Shown piece after piece: positions 14,296 to 25,280 of a stretch of 64,000 nt of DNA (its first letter is position 1; the number at the start of each line of letters is the position of its first letter). Position numbers and translations under genes: made by a program. Source of the stretch: Eledone cirrhosa (lineage: Eukaryota); assembly GCA_964016885.1 (NCBI GenBank), contig OZ024742.1, positions 361,522,001-361,586,000 on the forward strand. Reading direction: 5' to 3'. Under the pieces are notes generated by a model. It saw only the letters and a list, made by a program, of their open reading frames with translations, was not told the DNA's origin and did not search any database.

Positions 14296-15264
14296 CGGCG
14301 ATGGATTAGTTTTGGGAGGTTTTTTATATGAAATCGTGTGTCGAAACAAATATTGTTATACTTGGAGAGGGTCATATTTGTGTAATATTGCCAGAATTAA
14401 TAACAGAACACACTCACTTTTTGGTTGATTTTCGCTTTTCGCTTCTGTGTCTTTTATATCGGTAATCTAATTTATTCGGTCCTCAATGTTGTCATTGACT
14501 GACCAACGGTCAAAAATAATACGATACAATATAGACACAAACACATATATATAGTTTATCAAAGTTCTTTCGTTGCACATCTACAAGATCGTCAGTGGTG
14601 CTATAGATTCCTCCCGTTACATTGTATATCTACGCCATCTTTATTTAGTCTGTTTATATATTTATTTATTTGTTTGTTTGTTTATTTTATTTTGTCTTCT
14701 TTGCGCATGCGTTTGCGTGTGTATAGTGTTTTGTTTGATGTGTGTTCGTGATTGGGTGACTGTGTATTGGTTAATGTATTCTATGTTTACTAGTGTGTGT
14801 TTATATGTGTTTGTTGTTATTGCGCTTGTGTATGTATTTATTTATTTATTTATTTATCTATTTATTTATACTTCTCTTAGGTCAGTGTTGTTTGTTTGGG
14901 TGTTGTTGTTATTCCATTCATTCTTTCTGTTTAGTCTTGGCCTTCTAAGTTCTATTCCACTGGCCTCTCTGATTTGCCTATCATTTCCATGTTTAGATAT
15001 TATTCTTATTTCTATGTTGTCTATGTTACAGTCGTGTTGTTGTCTGGCATGTTCGTATAGTACTGACCCGTTTTTTCGTCCTTTTAGTTCCCCCCTAGTG
15101 TTGGTCTATCCTTTCATCTATGCTACAAGCTGTCTCACCTATGTATGTTGTTATGTTTCTGCAAGTACCCTCTGTACATCTTATGCTATAGACTACGTTT
15201 CTAGTTTTACAGTTTATTCTGTTATTAATTCTGGCAATATTACACAAATATGACCCTCCCCAAG

Positions 15265-15269
<5 letters not shown>
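14295..15269 (-). mobile_element. 5'-truncated Penelope-like element (GIY-YIG fragment plus 3' UTR) with a short inverted copy of its 3' end
   Basis: Minus-strand translation INCKTRNVVYSIRCTEGTCRNITTYIGETACSIDERIDQH. Colinear with 19691-20540. 15217-15269 is the reverse complement of ~14355-14408. (TA)n lies on both sides. Confidence 0.9.
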
Positions 15270-15318
<49 letters not shown>

Positions 15319-15753
15319 GTATGTATGGGAGAGATGACCCCTTAGCCTTTGTCAAGGCAGAATTCTAGGAGAAGAAAACTCTGATATAACACCTGCAACC
15401 CTGATGGTATCCAATGATGTTGACTTGTTCTCCTTTTTGGTAAATATCATCTTGGTTAAGAGAGTGGGACTGGCTTTGTGCAGTGCCTTTGCTCACTATA
15501 AAAGCTTCACGGCACAGGCATTGCTTTATATCTGGAGATCTCTCTGCACTTGTCATCACAGGGTACAATGGGCCCAGCACTATGTGTCAGTAATTGTCAC
15601 AAGTTTAGTGTTTGTACCAGAGTTTTCAAGTCGCTGGCTGGGCTAAAAAGTCACACTCGTTCAGCGCATCAGTAGGGATTCTCCTACATGGATATAAAGT
15701 AGTGGCCGTACTCGAAAACGAGTTGGCAGCCACCATATATGTATGTATGTATG

Positions 15754-15802
<49 letters not shown>

Positions 15803-15804
<2 letters not shown>

Positions 15805-16120
15805 AGGCACATGGCTTAGTGGTTAGAGCAGGTTGTGAGTTCAATTCTCAGATAAGGTGATGTGTTGTTTCCTTGAGCAAGACACTTGATTTCACATTGC
15901 TCCAGTTTACTTAGCAGTAGAAATGAGATGATAGGGACTGGGGTCCATATCATACCACTGCAAAGTGGTCGTGGAGGTGCCACGGCAAACAAGCACCTAG
16001 CACTCACTGTAAATGAGGTTGGTGTTAGGAAGGGCATCCAGCTGTAGAAATCAAGCCAGAATCAGTTCCCGTCCCACCCTTGCAAGCAGGGAAAAAGTGG
16101 ACGTAAAATGAAATGATGAT
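15803..16120 (+). mobile_element. tRNA-derived CORE-type SINE with RTE-like 3' tail and one internal ~49-bp unit
   Basis: A-box-like TGGCTTAGTGG, B-box-like GAGTTCAATTC, CORE-like TTTCCTTGAGCAAGACACTT, and tail CCCACCCTTGCAAG...GGACGTAAAATG(ATG)n. Confidence 0.85.
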
Positions 16121-16124
16121 ATAT

Positions 16125-16370
16125 ATCAGCATGTTTAACGTCCATTTTCCACGCTAGCATGGGTAGGGCAGGCTGTCCCATTGAGAGATTCATGTCAAAG
16201 GGCCGTGATTTGCTTAAACAGAACTGATTTTGCATTGGTTTCTACAGCTGGATGCCCTTCCTAACACCAACCAATATACACTTTGTACTGGGAGTACTTC
16301 ATCATGACTCCAGCACTACTACCTTACAGAATGGACTGGGTACTTTTTCTTGTGGTTCTAATGTACATTG
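16125..16370 (-). mobile_element. SINE 3' fragment of the same superfamily, tail-to-tail with the preceding copy
   Basis: TTTCTACAGCTGGATGCCCTTCCTAACACCAACC is the reverse complement of the SINE body. The tail TCCATTTTCCACGCTAGCATGGG is also present. Confidence 0.75.
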
Positions 16371-17999
16371 GAAAAAAGTTATACATACATATCTACAAGA
16401 ATTTTTAAAAACTTTAACAATAAATGTTTGCACAAAGAATGACAGAAGTAATGCAACCCATTTCTATACAACTTTGTCATGAAGAAGATGAACAGTCAAC
16501 ATAAAGTATAAGTATATCTACATACTCAATGGGACTCTGCACAATTTCCAGCTGTTAAATTCTACTCATAAGTTATTAATCAACACAAGGCTATGGTGGA
16601 AAACTCTGTACCATATGTGCGGAGCTGTAAAATCCATCCTAGAAACACTTGGCTGCAAAAGAAACTGCTTGACCACACCGTGGAGTAAGCATCGTATTTG
16701 AACAAAGCACTATTGTTGAATTAGGTACGTAAACTGATAAATTATTCCTCTTGCGTACTTGAACTGGTTGGAAGGATGAGAGTTGAATACATTTTTTATC
16801 TAGACTACAGTACAGTAATTGTAACCAGTATAGATAAGCATACCTCAAAATAAATATACAGAGTATATATATATCATCATCATCATCATTTTACGTCTGC
16901 TTTTCCCTGCTTGCACAATTACACAAAATAGACCAATTTCTGTAGCTACCATTAAATAAGTTTAGAAAAGATTAGGAAAGCTGGCAATTAATAGCTAATT
17001 CATATAAGCCCTGTTATTTCTACTAGGAAAGGGACATTCTAATTAAGTTTTATGGTCATGTTATACAGCCTAGGGTATAAGAATTATCAAGTAATTATAA
17101 TGTTTAAAAGTGATAGTTTCTCAAAAGAGCTTCTTTAAAAGAGAGGTTGGCAGCAGAATTTCGCAATGGAGGAATAGGCAAGAATCTTTTTTGTTTATAG
17201 CCTTTAAAATTTGACAATATTATGAATGATTCAACACAGACTTTGTTTAATTAAAGTAAAGGAAAGAGAATATAAAGGAAAGGATATATAATGATTTAAA
17301 TTTTATGTCCTTTCTTAAATTAATGAAAAATTGTTCACACTCACTCCCTCTATTTCTACTTCTCTCTGTCTCTCTCAGCTCCTTTCTATCTCACTCCTTC
17401 ATCATCATTTAAATGGCTATCTGATATATAGTTTTTTAGACTTTCAATCCCTATACTGCTGGGGTACCACATTCAAATGTTGTTTAGTTCATCATAACGA
17501 CTACACCACTTATTTCAATCTGGTAGTTATTTCATCAATCCCTATTTGGCGAACAGCTATGTTATGGAACACAAAGTGGCATGAAGAGCAACACCACACA
17601 TGAACACATATACTTACATATATATGTACCTACACACACACACACACAGCCATATAAATCTATCCCAAACCTGGAGTCTAATCTGGATGGTCCATATTCG
17701 GGTTTCATTGGCTTTAAGAAACTGAGGTTACAAGACTTCTCCCTGGACAGGATTTCAAACCATCACAGGACTAACCTCCAGCTATTGTTAGTACTAATTT
17801 TCAGCTGAGTTGATTGGAGCTACCTGGAATGAAATGAAGTGTTTTGCTCAAGAACACAATACACCAACCTGTCCAAGAATTGAATCCATGACATTGTAAG
17901 TCCATAACCTCTAGGCCACACATATGTAAATAACAGGTTTCTGCCTAACAAATTATATTCACAAAGGTATTAGTTAATTAGTGTTGTCCAGTATTAGTG

Positions 18000-18140
18000 T
18001 TGGGCTTGCAATTGAAAGGTTGTGAGTTCAATTCTCGGACCGGGTGATGTGTTGTTTCCTTGAACAAGACAATTTATTTCACGTTGCTCCAGTTTACTCA
18101 GCTGTAGAAATGAGATGATAGGACTGGGGTCCCTATCATT
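18000..18140 (+). mobile_element. 5' part of CORE-type SINE
   Basis: GGTTGTGAGTTCAATTCTCGGACCGGGTGATGTGTTGTTTCCTTGAACAAGAC...GATAGGACTGGGGTCCCTATCA, near-identical to 15830-15950. Confidence 0.8.
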
Positions 18141-19473
18141 AAATTACCCAATACACCTGCAACAAGATATACCTTGGAGGAAGCCAGCTAAACCTGTATA
18201 GGTGTCAGCTGTCACTCACACACACACACACACACCCACACAAACACACCCACACACCCACACACGCACACACACAATCTAACAGATGTTTTTGAACAAG
18301 AGCAAAATAGTCTCATATTCATTCTCACTACATCATACGATCTGTTTTAAAAGAAACCACTTACAAGCTGCAACAATAAATGCCTTAGGAAGTATTTGAA
18401 ACTCAATTTGTGAATAAAAACGTTAAAAGGAAGGGCAAGACAAGGGATCTAGGGTAACAGAAGAATGGGAGGGCAAATGGGAGTGATATCTCTAGGCCTA
18501 GGGCATGGCGGTGTTGGGTTTGCATTCCACGGACAAAACTGCAAAAGCATTCTTGTAGACAATAGCCAGTGACATGTTCAGTAGCAGCCACCCCACCTCA
18601 TAGGGCTGCTGACGCTTCGATATTGTGTGGGAGCTCAGTAGTCTAGGTCCAAATATGACTAAGGTCTTAATGGCAGCCAGTACGAAGAGGAAGCAGCTGG
18701 AAAATCCCCAGTATTTGATAGTCTTATTGATTACATGTTTAATGTTTGTTGTTGAGTCCTACTCAACTCTCATTGAGTAGATGTAAAACCACCAAATAGA
18801 TTTCATGCTTTACTATCCCATCTTTATTGGAGTTGTTAGAACTATATTTTCTAATCTATCATGCTCTTATATGTTTTGATGTGACTCCATTCTTAAGGTC
18901 CTCTACTTTAGCAACATATACTTTAAATGTAGAAAATAACACTAACTACATCACATGATAAAATAAAGACTTTAGTTTATGGTAAATCTTCACAATGCTC
19001 TCACCATTAGCAAAGATACTATAAACATTTGAATAAACAAACCTATTTTTAGTTATTTTTCTCTAAATTATTACAAGATGTTAATAGTTAATTGAAATGT
19101 GATGTTATTTCTAATAGATCAAATTATTTTTTGTATTAAATATTTGTAGAATCTGTTGATGTTGAAATAAATCAATAATCTTTTGATACGGGAGCATCAC
19201 TGAAGACTTCATTTTCCAATAAGCCTAGAATAGATGAACCATCTGTGAGATATATCCACTGGAAATGTTGAAAATTGTTAACTAAACAAAACCATTCATA
19301 ATAACTTTAGGCTAACTCAGTGCATAGTAGGGAGTTGTTCCAACTGTATGGTTTACACTGACACACTACCTGATGGCTGATTTCATATGCATGTGTATTT
19401 TTTTCCCTTCATTTTTCTCCCCCGTTCCTTATTATCACACTTTACTTTCTATTTAACTTCTATTTCTAACTCT

Positions 19474-19511
19474 GTCTTATGATGAAGGATTGGTGTCCAA
19501 AACGTTAAGAC
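19474..19511 (+). ncRNA. Degenerate minimal type I hammerhead ribozyme motif in a probable Penelope-type pLTR remnant
   Basis: GTCTT-[A]TGATGA-A-GGA(TTGGTG)TCC-[A]AAA-CG-TT-AAGAC. Stems I and II pair, but two core positions differ from CUGANGA/GAAA. A T-rich tract and (TA)n follow. Confidence 0.55.
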
Positions 19512-19615
19512 TGTATTTTTGCTATTTCGAGTGTTGAAGAAATAACATATTTCTTCCATGTACTGTGCCTTTTGTTTAGTTTCTTTTATTATTTCTGTTT
19601 ACATTTTACATACAC

Positions 19616-19694
<79 letters not shown>

Positions 19695-20385
19695 TTGCGA
19701 GGTTTTTTATATGAAATCGTGTGTCGAAACAAATATTGTTATACTTGGGGAGGGTCATATTTGTGTAATATTGCCAGAATTAATAACAGAACACACTCAC
19801 TGTTTGGTTGGTTTTCGCTTCTCGCTTCTGTGTCTTTTATATCGGTAATCTAACTTACTCGGTCCTCAATGTTGCCATTGACTGACCGACGGTCAAAAAT
19901 AATACAGATACAATATAGACACAAACACATATATAGTTTATCATAAATCTTACGTTGCACATCGGCAACATCGTCAGTGGTGTTATATCTTCCTCCTGTT
20001 GTATTGTATGTCTACACCATTTTTATTCAGTCTGTCTATATATTTATTGGCTTGTTTGTTTATTTTATTTTGTCTTCTTTGCGCATGCGTTTGCATGTGT
20101 TTATAGTGTTTTGTTGACTAGTGTGTGTTTATGTGCTTGTTGTTATTGTGCTTGTGTATGTATTTATTTATTTTATTTTATTTTATTTTATTTACTTATT
20201 TATACTTCTCTTAGGTCAGTGTTGTTTGTTTGGGTGTTATTGTTATTCCATTCATTCTTTCTGTTTAGCCTTGGTCTTCTAATTCTATTTCACTGGCCTC
20301 TCTGATTTGCCTATCTGCTGGGTCATTTCTATGTTTAGATATTATTCTAATTTCTATGTTGTCTATGTTACCATCATGTTGTTGT

Positions 20386-21188
20386 CTAGCATGTTTGTAT
20401 AGTACTGACCCTTTTAGTTCCCCCCCAGTGTTGGTCTATCCTTTCACCTATCTCACCTATGTATGTTGTTGTCATGTTTCTGCAAGTACCCTCTGTACAT
20501 CTTATGCTATAGACTACGTTTCTAGTTTTACAGTTTATCCGGGGGTTCACCTTACATATGATACATTTCCTATTGGTACAGTGGGTTTTCTTAAAAGGGT
20601 AGGTTTTGCTGATCAGGGATTTTATGGTGGTTCCTGGCTTTTCTACCACCTTTATTTTTAAGTGGGTCTTTCTCAGGGCCTTTCTACACTGGTTAGCTAA
20701 TTTTCCTCCAGGGGTCGCGTCCACAAACATGACACTCTGGTATCTCTGGTTGTCGTACCATGAGGTGGCTTTCCCTATCTTATATCTAGCCCTATCTAAG
20801 CTATTCCATGATTTGCTCCTGTATAATGGGCAAATTCCTTTCATGTCCAGTTCTATGAGGGTCTTATACTTTTCCATGGCTCCTTCGTATACTCTGACTC
20901 TGTCTCTTTGGTTGTAGCCAGAGAACTGCATGAGGTTGATGAAGTGTTGGATGTGTTTTTCCATTTCTGTTGGGTCGCACATGCGGGACACATTCTTCAT
21001 CACTCGTACCAAATCTGCGATCAGAATATTAAACTTAGCACTACTGGACATCGCTGAGTTTTTGAGTATCAGGTATTTGGAGGCCATGGGTTTAGCATAG
21101 TGTGAGTGGAGAATTTGGGCTCTCTCGTCTATAGTGTTAATCCAGAGTTCTGTGTCTAATACAGGTAGTCTATTGTTAGGGTGTTTGG
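20386..21188 (-). pseudogene. Truncated Penelope-like RT thumb plus GIY-YIG ORF; endonuclease disrupted by small deletions
   Basis: Reads YIGEIGER where the sister arm reads YIGETARSIGER, then frameshifts. The N-terminal ~80 aa of the listed ORF are only the antisense of the inverted arm. Confidence 0.85.
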
Positions 21189-21669
21189 AATAAAGGTGGT
21201 AGAAAAGCCAGGAAACACCATAAAATCCCTGATCAGCAAAACCTACCCTTTTAAGAAAACCCACTGTACCAATAGGAAATGTATCATATGTAAGGTGAAC
21301 ACCCGGATAAACTGTAAAACTAGAAACGTAGTCTATAGCATAAGATGTACAGAGGGTACTTGCAGAAACATGACAACAACATACATAGGTGAGACAGCTC
21401 GTAGCATAGGTGAAAGGATAGACCAACACTGGAGGGAACTAAAAGGACGAAAAAACGGGTCAGTACTATACGAACATGCTAGACAACAACATGACGGTAA
21501 CATAGACAACATAGAAATTAGAATAATATCTAAACATAGAAATGACCCAGCAGATAGGCAAATCAGAGAGGCCAGTGAAATAGAAATTAGAAGACCAAGG
21601 CTAAACAGAAAGAATGAATGGAATAACAACAACACCCAAACAAACAACACTGACCTAAGAGAAGTATAA
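21189..21669 (+). pseudogene. GIY-YIG endonuclease domain fragment of the Penelope-like element (open frame, no real start)
   Basis: NVVYSIRC...YIGETARSIGERIDQH...EH...RQIREASEI...LN carries the GIY, YIG, R, E and N hallmarks. Confidence 0.88.
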
Positions 21670-21889
21670 ATAAGTAAATAAAATAAAATAAATAAATAAA
21701 TAAATAAATACATACACAAGCACAATAACAACAAGCACATAAACACACAGTAGTCAACAAAACACTATACACACACGCAAACGCATGCGCAAAGAAGACA
21801 AAATAAAATAAACAAACAAGCAAATAAATAAATATATAGACAGACTGAATAAAAATGGCGTAGACATACAATACAACAGGAGGAAGATA

Positions 21890-21955
21890 TAACACCACTG
21901 ACGATGTTGCAGATGTGCAACGAAAGATTTATGATAAAATATATATATGTGTTTG
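21890..21955 (+). ncRNA. Hammerhead ribozyme-like core in the Penelope-like 3' UTR/pLTR
   Basis: CTGACGA (21898-21904), T, GTTGCA-GATG-TGCAAC stem II, GAAA (21922-21925). Mirror copies lie on the minus strand at ~19950-19977 and ~14568-14596. Stem I pairing is imperfect. Confidence 0.6.
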
Positions 21956-22136
21956 TGTCTATATTGTATCTGTATTATTTTTGACCGTCGGTCAGTCAAT
22001 GGCAACATTGAGGACCGAGTAAGTTAGATTACCGATATAAAAGACACAGAAGCGAGAAGCGAAAACCAACCAGACAGTGAGTGTGTTCTGTTATTAATTC
22101 TGGCAATATTACACAAATATGACCCTCCCCAGGTAT

Positions 22137-22184
<48 letters not shown>

Positions 22185-22229
22185 ATATATGTAGGAGATG
22201 AGTTTTACTGTAGAACAATAAAGCAATAT

Positions 22230-22264
<35 letters not shown>

Positions 22265-22458
22265 TTTACGTCCGCTTTTCCCTTCTTGCAAGGGTGGGAC
22301 GGGTCTTATTCAGCACAGCATCTCTCCACTCGTCACGGTCCCTCGTCATCTCCACCGTGAGCTTCAATGATCTGATGTCTGTTCTCACCACCTCCGCCCA
22401 TGTTTTTCGTGGTCTACCTCTACCACATCTTCCTTCAACTGGCATTTCCTGGCACATG
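22230..22458 (-). mobile_element. RTE-clade LINE 3' end with (ATG)n tail
   Basis: Translation CQEMPVEGRCGRGRPRKTWAEVVRTD...DRDEWRDAV is a typical RTE C-terminus. A (CAT)n run follows on the + strand. Confidence 0.88.
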
Positions 22459-22472
22459 TATATATATATAAT

Positions 22473-22800
22473 AAAAGGCTGATTTGTTATGTCTTCTGTA
22501 TCGATCTGGCCCAACTCTGGAATCAAAAGCTAGTCGGACCTCTGCCTGTCATTACCACAACAGGGGTCTGATGAGCTTTTAATTCCAGAGTCGGGCCAGA
22601 TCGATACAGATTGAACCTTCAGCTGATCAATAGCGAAATGCACCTCACTACTCAAGAAACATAATGAAGACATAACAAATCATTCTTTTATTGTTATATT
22701 TACACTCTGCTTAGTTCTACACTAGGTTACAGATGGGAAACTACACATCGAGTGCTCACCTGGGTGAACCTACAGTAACTGCATATTGCACTCCCTATTT
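22473..22800. mobile_element. Short non-coding element with an inverted, internally deleted copy at its 5' side, inserted in (TA)n
   Basis: 22493-22543 is the reverse complement of 22561-22610, and GATTTGTTATGTCTTC pairs with GAAGACATAACAAATC. A related sequence lies at 62140-62265. Confidence 0.65.
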
Positions 22801-24250
22801 ATATATATTTATATATACATATGTATGTGTGTGTGTGCGTAAATATATACATATATCTGTATTTGAAGATTACAACAACAAGGAAAAAGTGCTCAAAACC
22901 AAAGAAGGGAATTGGTGTTACAACAAAAAGCAAAATTTTCAAGGTGGTCAAAAACAAAGTTAAAGTGAATACCTACTATGAACGGAAAGAAACACAATAT
23001 TAGAACTGAAAGGAAAGATATTCCTTAGCAGGGTTTTACAAAATTATATTTAGTACATGTATAAAGCAGAAACGAAGGCTTAGAGGATTCAATGCCTGCA
23101 GCTATTTTATTTTAATGATATATTTTTAACTAAGATAAACCTATGGCAATTTCATTTGATATGTTATTGCAAAGGTATCTCTCACCAACAACAGTGAGCA
23201 GCTTCATTATTAAATGGCCTCAAGACATGTGAAGAAGATGCTTTATGTAAATGTATATGTTTGAATATAAAATATATTTTGTTTTTCTGATAAACAGATA
23301 TTCATATGTAATAATTGGTTCACAATATAAGTAGACCCAGCTAAAAGCATTTATCATAAAACACACTTGAGTCATTTTTTCACAAATTAAAAATTACGGC
23401 TGAATTATTTGTATTTTCTTATACATTTTTCAATCTAAAAACATGTTCCTATATGTGAGATTTTGAACATTAAAGCTGCATCAGAATCCGATACCCCTAT
23501 TAACACCTCTTATATCAAAATATGAGTTAAGATTTTTTTTCCTTGATATTTTTCATAGAACTTAATCAGAACTGTAGGAAATATCATTATAAAAACCTTT
23601 TTTTTAAAATTATTTACATCCATTAGGCATGCTTTGATATTCTTATCAGGGATTGACAAAATCATTATAACAATGTAAAAATTGTTTGTGATATTTAGTG
23701 GCTCTTTGAGTTCTGATTTCAAATTACCCCAAAGTCTAATTTGTCTTTTTATTAATAACTTATTTATTAAGGTTATTTTGAGCTATCTATATAATACTAA
23801 AGGTCTGTGATTGCTTGCTTGCTTGTCTGTAATGTAATACAGCTAAAAGGGTGCATAAAGGGTAAATAGTTTGAAAGGAAGTTGGCCTGAAATGGGAATA
23901 CAAATGGAATGAAACAAGTTTTGTGTAAATCCGAGCTGGGGTTCCCGAGATATGGGGTTTTTCTAGGTACCGTCATAAATAGAGAGAGAGAAAGCGATAG
24001 TGGTTTTGAGAGAGTAGATTGAAAGAGGGACAGAGAAAAAGAGAGAGAAGAAGACAGAGAAGGAGAATGGAAGGGAGAGAGAGAGAGCTGGTGGTGTTGG
24101 GTGTGTGTATATATATATGCGAGTGTGTATATATATGTGTCTGTGTCTAAGACCAGTTAATAGATCACAGATGCCCAAATATATTTATATATATACATAC
24201 ACTCACATATATATATATACATATGTGTATACAAACACACACATCTATAT

Positions 24251-24680
24251 ATCATCATCATTTCATCATTTTATGTCCACTTTTCCCTGCTTGCGGGAAC
24301 TGATTCTGGCTTAATTTCTACAGCTGGATGCCCTTCCTAACACCAACCTCATTTACAGTAAGTGCTGTGGTTTTTTTTCCGTGGCGCCCACACGTCCACT
24401 TTTCAGTGTGGGCTGGGTGCTTTTTTGCCGTGGCACCTCCACGTCTACTTAACAGTGAGTGGTGGGTGCTTTTTTGCCATGGCACTTCCACAGCCACTTT
24501 GCAGTGGAATGATAGGGACTGGGGTCCCTATCATTCCACTGCATCTCATTTCTACAGCTGAGTAAACTGGAGCAATGTGAAATAATGTGTCTTGCTCAAG
24601 GAAACAACACATCACCCGGTCTGAGAATTTAACTCACAACCTTTCGATTGCAAATCCACTGCTCTAACCACTAAGCCATG
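24251..24680 (-). mobile_element. CORE-type SINE with about three tandem internal ~48-bp units, nested in the first Helitron copy
   Basis: Reverse complement of 15803-16120. 24360-24507 holds repeated GGTGCTTTTTTGCC(G/A)TGGCAC units. Confidence 0.87.
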
Positions 24681-24712
<32 letters not shown>

Positions 24713-25139
24713 GGGCCTTCCAGTTTCATTTCACATTATATACATGTCTGAAAATTATTTGAAAATTATTTTTAAGTGAAAATGATTTTTTAAAAATAAT
24801 TTGAAGTGAATGTGACCTAACGAGTGATGGGTGGTGTAGTATATTACTAAAGGTCTGTGATTGTTTGCTTGTCTGTAATGTAATACAGCCAAAAGGGCGC
24901 ATAATGGGAAAATACTTTGAAAGAAAGTTGCCCCTGAAATGGGAATACAAATGGGATAAAATATGTTTTTTGTAAATCGAAGCACAGGTTCCCAAGATAT
25001 TGGTTTTCTGGGTACCTTCATAAATAGAGAGAGAGAAATATTGAGAGAAAGAGATAGTGGTTGTGAGAGAGTAGATTGAAAGAGAGACATAGAGAGAGGG
25101 AGAGGAGACAGAGGAGGAGAATGGGAGAGAGAGAAATAA

Positions 25140-25280
25140 TGGTGATGATGATGATGATGGTGATGTTGGTGATGGTGATGTTGGTGATGGTGTTGGTGAT
25201 GGTGGTGGTGGTGGTGGTGATGGTGGTGGTGGTGATGGTGGTGGTGGTGGTGATGGTGATGGTGGTGGTGATGGTGATGA
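25140..25280. repeat. (GGT/GAT)n microsatellite
   Basis: Read directly. Confidence 0.95.

Larger units (their letters stand above)
19691..22143. mobile_element. Penelope-like retroelement insertion: minus-strand copy 19691-21188 (RT C-terminus/thumb, linker, GIY-YIG, 3' UTR) joined head-to-head to an inverted ~950-bp copy 21189-22143
   Basis: ORF 20386-21429(-) has LPVLD, YAKPMAS, FSGY, FVDATPGG, a CxxxxCxxC linker and VVY..YIGE. ORF 21181-21669(+) has a full GIY-YIG domain. The arms are reverse complements, with long (TA)n flanks. Confidence 0.93.

Noticed and set aside
15803-15860. tRNA genes at the A/B-box motifs (also 24620-24680 and 60780-60865)
   Set aside because: No complete cloverleaf. 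They continue into SINE bodies with tails or TSDs.
20386-21429. Intact 347-aa gene
   Set aside because: Chimeric: the N-terminus is the antisense of the inverted arm, the RT catalytic core is missing, and the endonuclease is deleted and frameshifted.
21670-22140. SECIS element or selenoprotein coding in the PLE (reported for some Naiad elements)
   Set aside because: No in-frame UGA in the retained ORF, and no convincing AUGA-stem-AA-GA structure by eye.
14295-22143. Telomere-maintaining retroelement (Athena/TERT-like)
   Set aside because: These PLEs have a GIY-YIG endonuclease, sit in (TA)n, carry no telomeric repeats, and are separated from the telomere by an assembly gap.
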